A DNA stretch of 64,000 nt. Origin: Octopus vulgaris (lineage: Eukaryota). Made by a program: the position numbers and the translations under genes. The notes below the pieces were generated by a model that was not told where the DNA came from, searched no databases, and worked only from the letters and a program-made list of their open reading frames with translations. Location of the stretch: contig OX597818.1 in NCBI GenBank assembly GCA_951406725.2, positions 15,314,001-15,378,000 on the forward strand, written 5' to 3'. Below are positions 56,964-64,000 of this stretch, piece by piece; position 1 is the stretch's first letter, and each line of letters opens with the position of its first letter.

Positions 56964-58455
56964 ATTTAGTAAAAATAACTGTTATTATTGAGCTGATATT
57001 TGAAACAAATTACCATAAAAACTCATGTACATTGCACACCTGTGTAATGTATGCAGGTGATTTTCAGGATGAAATCTGTTAAAAAAAGCTTCTACTCGTG
57101 TAACATTTTGCACCCAAAAGTTTTCAGAATTGCCGATATAGCCAGGGAAAAAGGTTTTCAATTTAGTTGTATTTAGCATAATTTCACTTACTTAAGATTA
57201 GATTTTATTAAATTTTCATTAAATACAAATGATTTCCTTTTAACAAGTATCACATTGAAAGCTATTAAATTACAAAATTTTTATGTTGTTTATAATAAAC
57301 TTTATTTTACATTTCTTGTCACAAGAGATTATGTTTGATCTTTAGCATACTGCAGCATGTCTCCTCAAATCACGATCACAAGAAAAGTTGTTGATAAGAA
57401 TTACCAACAAAAGCAAAGATGATAAATATGCACAGGTGTGCAATTAAGTTTAATTACCAATAAACATCAGCTTGGATGACACTTTACTCAACCGACAGTG
57501 GAAGGTGATTTATCAAACTGATTATGTAAACAGAATTCTTTTCTGCCTATTCTTGTCTGAACCTTTGATATGGAGTATCGAAATTTTAATCCCTTATAAC
57601 ACTTATAAAATTTCAAACAAACTTAAAACTTTGTCATTACCGTTATAGTCAGTATGAGCAGAACTTGTGAATCGTTTACTGTGAAGGAGAAATTAAATAT
57701 GTTGAATATGCATTTGAATGTGGCATTTTAATGTTAATGAAGCCAATGTTTGAAATTGGCGCACACAGTACAACAAACTTAAAACCATGCCTAGTAATAA
57801 ACAGACAAAAATAAAAACATATAATCAAGATTATCCATATCATTACTACATTTTTTTCAGTCAGGAATCTCCATATCACTAGGTATGTCAATGGTGCTCC
57901 ATTGAGATAGGTAGAAACTCTAAGCAATATAAAATATGGCCCAAATCATATTTGCCAGCATGAACATCAGACTTCAAAAAGTAGTTAATCATTTATGGGT
58001 TTTAGTAAATTTATACAGAAAAAGTAAGCACCAAACCGTCTAGCATTAGTAAAAGCCATTATTTTTCCCGTAAAAATCTATCCTGACATTAAATGAGTCA
58101 ACTTCCGGTACAAATGTTTACGTTTTGTACGTCTTTTTTCAAAAAAAAATTTCAAAAAAAATTCTGGAAATGATCTACTCCTGTAATTTATGCACCCACT
58201 AATATATTTTTATTTTTGCAGAAAAAGTGCATAAATTACATGGGTTTTTATGGTAACATGGAAGGTTTTAATTTAGATCACTTTAAAACTGGAAGTTGGT
58301 ATCATAGAACCAAGGGGATGAATTGGGTGGGTTGGTGCCAGAATGATTAAACTGAATTTAACAGGAGGAAATATCAGGCAAACAAATATTTTAGAATCTT
58401 TTAAATATTTATTACATGTTTATATATATTGTGTATTTTATCTTTTTTGCTGCAG

Positions 58456-58734
58456 ATTTCCCAACAGTTCAAGTAAACAGTGTCAATGTGAAAATAGGTG
58501 AACAAGCTACATTGAAATGTAATGTTGAAGATTCAACTAATTTTCAAATAGCTTCATTAAAATGGACGCAAAAAATCTTTGGACATCAGATTGAAGGACA
58601 TGTCTCCAATGAGACTCAATTAATCTTCAATAATACTTCCTGGAGGGATACAGGCAACTGGACATGTACTATTATGGTAACAGCTAACCAGAAAACACAA
58701 ATAATTAAAGGATCTGGGATACTCTCTGCATCTG
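58456..58734 (+). CDS. I/C2-type Ig domain exon of the same gene
   Basis: TGCAG| ... G|GTAAGA; 279 nt, phase 1-1; VKIGEQATLKC..LKW...LIFNNTSWRDTGNWTC, 48 aa between the Cys; N-glycosylation sequons NET, NNT/NTS, NWT. Confidence 0.9.
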
Positions 58735-58835
58735 GTAAGACAATTAAATAATAATTCCTAGAGAGTCATAGGCATGAATGCATGGTTTACAAGTTTCCCT
58801 CACAATTATGTGATTATTGATTGATTCAACTGAGC

Positions 58836-58867
<32 letters not shown>

Positions 58868-59680
58868 CTTCTTCTCATTCTTCTTTTCTCTTTGTGTTTT
58901 TAGTCTGGTACAAAAATTACTCCAGCCTTTCCAAAATTTCAAATTTGATGTTTATTTCATATTAAACTTTATTTAACTATGTACCATATTGAAGCACATA
59001 TTTTGCTGTGTTGATTTATGCTAATAGCCTTGCTTTCACTGTTTATTCAGCATGTGTGCATATTGCCTGACTTATAAGAATTAACTGACACTGTTATGTC
59101 AATTTCACGCAAAAAGAAAATATGTAAATATACATCTGTGAATGTAAAAAAAGTGTATGTGCACATATGCAAATAAATGTGCATGTGTGGGTGCATACAT
59201 GCATATGCACATTTGGTGCTATTTGTCAGTGTTATATTTGTGTCTGTGTGAATGCATGTGTGTAGACATATGTGTATCTCATACTGCCATAAGAATGCTT
59301 ACTTTGGCAATTCAGTCCATTTTCTTACACTATGGATGCACACACATGCATGCATACGCACACATACACACACATACATACATACACACACGTCGCTTCT
59401 CTTTCTATCTTTCTCTCTCTCGCTCTCTGTCTCTCTCTGTATGTGTGTAAATATATATATGTATATATACATAGCTGTATTCATATACATCCTTTGGATG
59501 AGAATGCACAAATTAAAACATGAAGATTTTGGAAACGTATGTAGCAAAAATTACTCTAGAAGATAGGAATGATAAGCAGTAGTCAGAATAAGGAGCAAAA
59601 GAGCTTTTTATGAGCACATTCAAAAATGTTTCACATAAACGAACAACAAACTCAAAGGCTATATATATATATATATATAT

Positions 59681-59969
59681 AGGTGTAGGAGTGGCTGTGT
59701 GGTAAGTAGCTTGCTTACCAACCCCATGGTTCCAGGTTCAGTCCCACTGCGTGGAACTTTGGGCAAGTGTCTTCTACTCTAGCCTTTGGCCAACCAAAGC
59801 CTTGTGAGTGGATTTGGTAGATGGAAACTGAAAGAAGCCCATTGTATATATGTATATATATATATGTATGTGTGTGTGTACATGTTTTTATGTCTGTGTT
59901 TGTCCCCCCAATATCGCTTGACAACCGATGCTGGTGTGTAACTTAGCGGTTCGGCAAAAGAGACCGATA

Positions 59970-59972
<3 letters not shown>
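59681..59972 (+). mobile_element. tRNA-derived SINE, family A (3' truncated)
   Basis: AGGTGTAGGAGTGGCTGTGTGGTAAGTAGC head. Confidence 0.9.
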
Positions 59973-60016
<44 letters not shown>

Positions 60017-60289
60017 TGCATGTTTATACATCTATATATGTGTTCATGCCTTCTTAATCTTAAGTTTCTTTGATAGATTTTATTCTCTATCATTTATGAT
60101 CTAAATTTATGTTATATATTCATGATCAACTACAGTCAACCCCATCCTATACTCTGTTAAGTGGTATGTGTAAGGAAGGGCATCCAGCTGTAGAAACCAT
60201 GCCACAAGATAGTTGGAGTCTAGACAGCTCCATGTCAAACTGTCAAATCCATCCCAGCATGAAGACCACACATTAAACGATGATGATGT

Positions 60290-60690
60290 TCTTAAAATAG
60301 GATGGTTCTTGAGTGTTTGGCTCAAGGATCAAACTCAATGCATTGAGCTGATAAGCATAAAGATAAATAAACATTAAAAAAAAAAAGAAGCCAAATTTCT
60401 ATGAGGACTTGCAGAAAGAGGTAAGTGAAACTTGTAATGGAAAACCTTTTCTGGCTTGTACAGGCTTGTTTGAAAGATTTATGAAGTGCTTTAATTTGCA
60501 CAATCAAAAAATTACTGGTGAAGCTGCCAGCTCTGATACAGAGAATGTTAGTAATCATCTTGAGCAGCTGAAAAAAGTTATAGCTGAAGTGTACCACACA
60601 CCAAAGGAAGGCAAGTATAAAATGTTGATGAAATTGCAGTTTTCTGGAAGCTTATGTTTGTTAGAACTTTTATTTCTTGAGAAGAAAAAA
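60290..60690 (+). mobile_element. Degenerate pogo/Tigger transposase fragment
   Basis: F.ACTGLFERFMKCFNLHNQKITGEAASSD and, after a frameshift, NVDEIAVFWKLM..RTFIS (NxDETGLFWK motif). Confidence 0.8.
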
Positions 60691-61199
60691 TCATGAATGT
60701 GTGTGTGTGCATGTGTATGCATGTGTGTGCGCATATGTACATGTATGCATACATATGTGTGTGTATTTTTAAAAAAAATCTTTGGCTCATGTCAGAGGTG
60801 CAAGAGCAAAGTGCCCATGAACCTGGTAACCCTTCCACTAACTGAATGATACAATAGTATTTCCTCTCACCTTACTCCTTCACCTTTTCATCTCCTCATC
60901 TCCATTCTTACATTCATAGGAAGGAATAAGACAGGTTTTTATTGCACTCAGGAAAAATTTTGTTTCCTGATGCTTTAAGACAAACTCCTTAATCACATAT
61001 CTATACTTGTGCTAATTTGTACACGACACTTCTGAGTCATGTATAAATGATTTCCAACTAATGTTTAATATACATGTTAAATACTTGCTTCTGGTGGAAT
61101 CTTTCAAGGATTTTGATAATGATAGATTATCTATTTCTCAAATATATGTAGCAAAGATGTGATGATCTATGCATCATAACTGTAAAGCTTGTTGAAAGC

Positions 61200-61390
61200 A
61201 TCAAATCCTTATCTAAGTAAAAATAATAATAACCAAGTTTGTGGAGATACCTGACAGCTATTCTGGAGCTGACATCAGCTTGTTCTGCTATATCAGAGGC
61301 CTTGCAATGAGGAATATACACCACACTTATCTAAGTATTTTAAAAGCAATTTGATCTCAGAATCTAAAGATGCCCCACCCAAAACAGAGT
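61200..61390 (-). mobile_element. Possible mariner transposase HTH remnant
   Basis: ASDIAEQADVSSRIAVRYLHKLGY resembles the mariner N-terminal HTH; short and decayed. Confidence 0.4.
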
Positions 61391-63519
61391 TACTGAGGTA
61401 TACAAAATAATTCATAGCATTATGTTTAGTCTACATGTACCTCTCACTCTGAACAAGTATAAAAATCACCTTAGCTTTCTTCAGATTTAACATAAGTCCC
61501 ATAGCAGTACAAACATTTGAAGGAGAGGTCTATGATCTTTAGAATATCTTGCTCTGAGTGAACCACAAGATCACACTCAAAAGAGTACAACAAATCAAGA
61601 ACTAATGTTATGAAGGTCTTAGTCCTTGTTTTGATATGATTCAGATTGAAAAGCTTACTTGGTGCAAGATGGCAAAGCTATCTATTTCATAGTTCTGAAA
61701 TATATGAATAATTACTGTGAAGATCCACCCCTCTGATTAACACCATTGTCCACAGGAATTGGTGACAATAGAACATTATCAGAACCAAAGAAAGCACTCG
61801 TTATTATACAAATGTATCAGGAAACTGAGATAGATAGACATCCTAACTTTCCTTATTCTTCACAGTGAATTTCTATCCACCATGTAAAAGTTTTTTTTAT
61901 TTGGACTATGAAAAATTGGTAAAGAGAGAAACCTTCTCTATGCTCTTTTCTTACAACTGTCTTACACCAACACACTATATCTTCTATCAGATCTAAATGA
62001 GGAAAAAGTGTATATGCACATATGCAAATAAATGTTCATGTGTGGGTGCATACATGCATATGCATATTTGGTGCTGTTTGTCAGTGTTATATTTGTGTCT
62101 GTATGAATGAATGCATGTGTGTAGACATGTATGGGTATCTCATACTGCCATAGAAATGCTTACTTTGGCAATTCAGTCTATTCTATTAGATCAATGCTTC
62201 TATTAGATCTAAATCCACACTGAGAATCTGGAACAATGATAACAGGCATATGCGTCAGCAAATAAATGGGATGAGAGGATGGAGCCCAGTGGAAATTGTA
62301 GCTTCTAGATACACTTTGTTTGCCAGTTAGAGGTTTGTGTTGTTTCCTAAGGGGGTGCTCAGTTTTTTTTGTTTTTTTTGTAAGAGTAGATAACAGAGAA
62401 TAGAGTTTAAAACTTTCTCAATGTAGATGGTAGTTAGAGTGGTAGGAATAATATTGTTGTTGTTGAGTAGAGTGGTCTGAATCAGTAATATAATTTGGGG
62501 TGAGAGAGAGACAGACAGACAGAGAGATGGGTTTGTGATATCAAGGATTAGCATGTAGATTTAAGTGGTAGCTCGAGAAGGCAGCAATAGCACAGTTAGT
62601 CTGTGACAGTTGCTCACTTTTCATGAATTTGTAGCCAGTTATTGAGTGAGTAAAGACACATCTACATGGTTACTTGACCTGTTAGAATTAGCAGTTAATC
62701 TCCTTTGAACCTTATCCTTATCATCTGAATACATTGGATAAAGTTGTACTGAATATAAAATGTCGGAAAATAAGCTGGGATGATCATGGCTTGAATAATG
62801 TACATTCCACACACTGATCAGAAATTAATAAATGAATTAGATATATTACTTAGTACATGGTTATCCATATGGGTTACTTACATGCAATTTAGGTTATTTT
62901 CAAAAGATTTTGTAAAACTGATTTGTAACTTTGATAGAGGGAACCTATGAAACAGGAAGACCCAAGAAGATATGGGACAAGGTGGTGAAACATGATCTTC
63001 AAATCTGGCCTCACAGAGATAATAAGTGAGTGAGACTTTTGGTGATATACCATGCTTGAGAAGACCTGTCAAACCAAGTGAAATCGTAGTCATGACCGAT
63101 GTCAGTGCTGTGTGATTGGCATCCATGCCAGTGGCATGTAAAAAGCACTATTCGAATGTTGAGCTTCATGGAGGCAGTGACAGGTCACTGCGACCTTTGG
63201 TGATATACCATGCTTCAGAAGGCCTGTGAAGCCAAGAGAAATTGTAGTCATGGCTGATGCTGGTGTCACATATGTAGGTATGTATGCATGTGTGTGAGCA
63301 TGTGCATGTGTGTGTGTGCATGCACATGCGTGTGTGTGTGCATAGACAGATAAATACATACAGACACAAACATATGTATTTACATGCATTCGAAAAGAGA
63401 TGGTAAATGGACAACCACTTATATGAGGCATTATACCATTGATAAGAAATGTTACATAAATGTAAGCATAAGCATATTTAGCAAAGAAAAACATAGTCCC
63501 CTGTGTGTGTGTATATATA

Positions 63520-63556
<37 letters not shown>

Positions 63557-63895
63557 ATATATATATACAGAGAGAGAGAGAGAGAGAGGCAGACAGAAAG
63601 ACAGACCGATAGGTAGATAGATAGAGAGAGAGAGAGAGATATACACATACATTCATATATATATATATATACATATATGTACACACACTCTTTTTCTTCA
63701 TAGATATTTTTCTTATCTTTTTCTTAATTTTTCTCCCCTATTTTTCCACTTTTTTCCAATTATTTTCTTATTTGACTCATACACTAACCAATTGCAGGCC
63801 ACCACCTACAAGTATATTCATGCTATAAATAATAATTTGCTTCTGCTATACACCTGCAAAACTCTGAGTAATAAGAGAGGCAGAACTCAACACTA

Positions 63896-63946
<51 letters not shown>

Positions 63947-64000
63947 CATATATACAAATACATATACTATGTGTGTATGTATGTATATATCTATATATGT

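Noticed and set aside
58735-64000. Further exons (transmembrane or cytoplasmic) of the Ig gene
   Set aside because: No convincing phase-1 exon was found by eye; short exons could have been missed.

Overview
AT-rich eukaryotic genomic DNA dense in microsatellites ((TA)n, (CA)n, (TAGA)n, (TACA)n) and tRNA-derived SINEs. The SINE families match ones I associate with Octopus genomes (recognition, not a search). Most ORFs in the supplied track are microsatellite or SINE artefacts. One real gene is visible on the + strand: an immunoglobulin-superfamily secreted or cell-surface protein. It has a signal-peptide exon (44366-44423), a V-type Ig exon present as three tandem ~1.39-kb exon+intron units (48941-49261, 50332-50651, 51716-52036), and an I/C2-type Ig exon (58456-58734). 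All junctions are phase 1, and the gene continues past the window end. Copy 1 differs from copies 2/3 by 17 nt and 10 aa although the introns are about 99% identical. Copy 2 has a 1-nt frameshift, so the array may be a nascent Dscam-like alternative-exon cassette, a copy-number variant, or an assembly artefact. The rest is TE fossils: Penelope-like elements, Gypsy, Helitron, CRE-like, RTE, Tx1, Tigger, MITEs and a 5S rRNA pseudogene. There are also about ten minimal hammerhead ribozyme motifs of the Penelope-associated type, often in inverted pairs.
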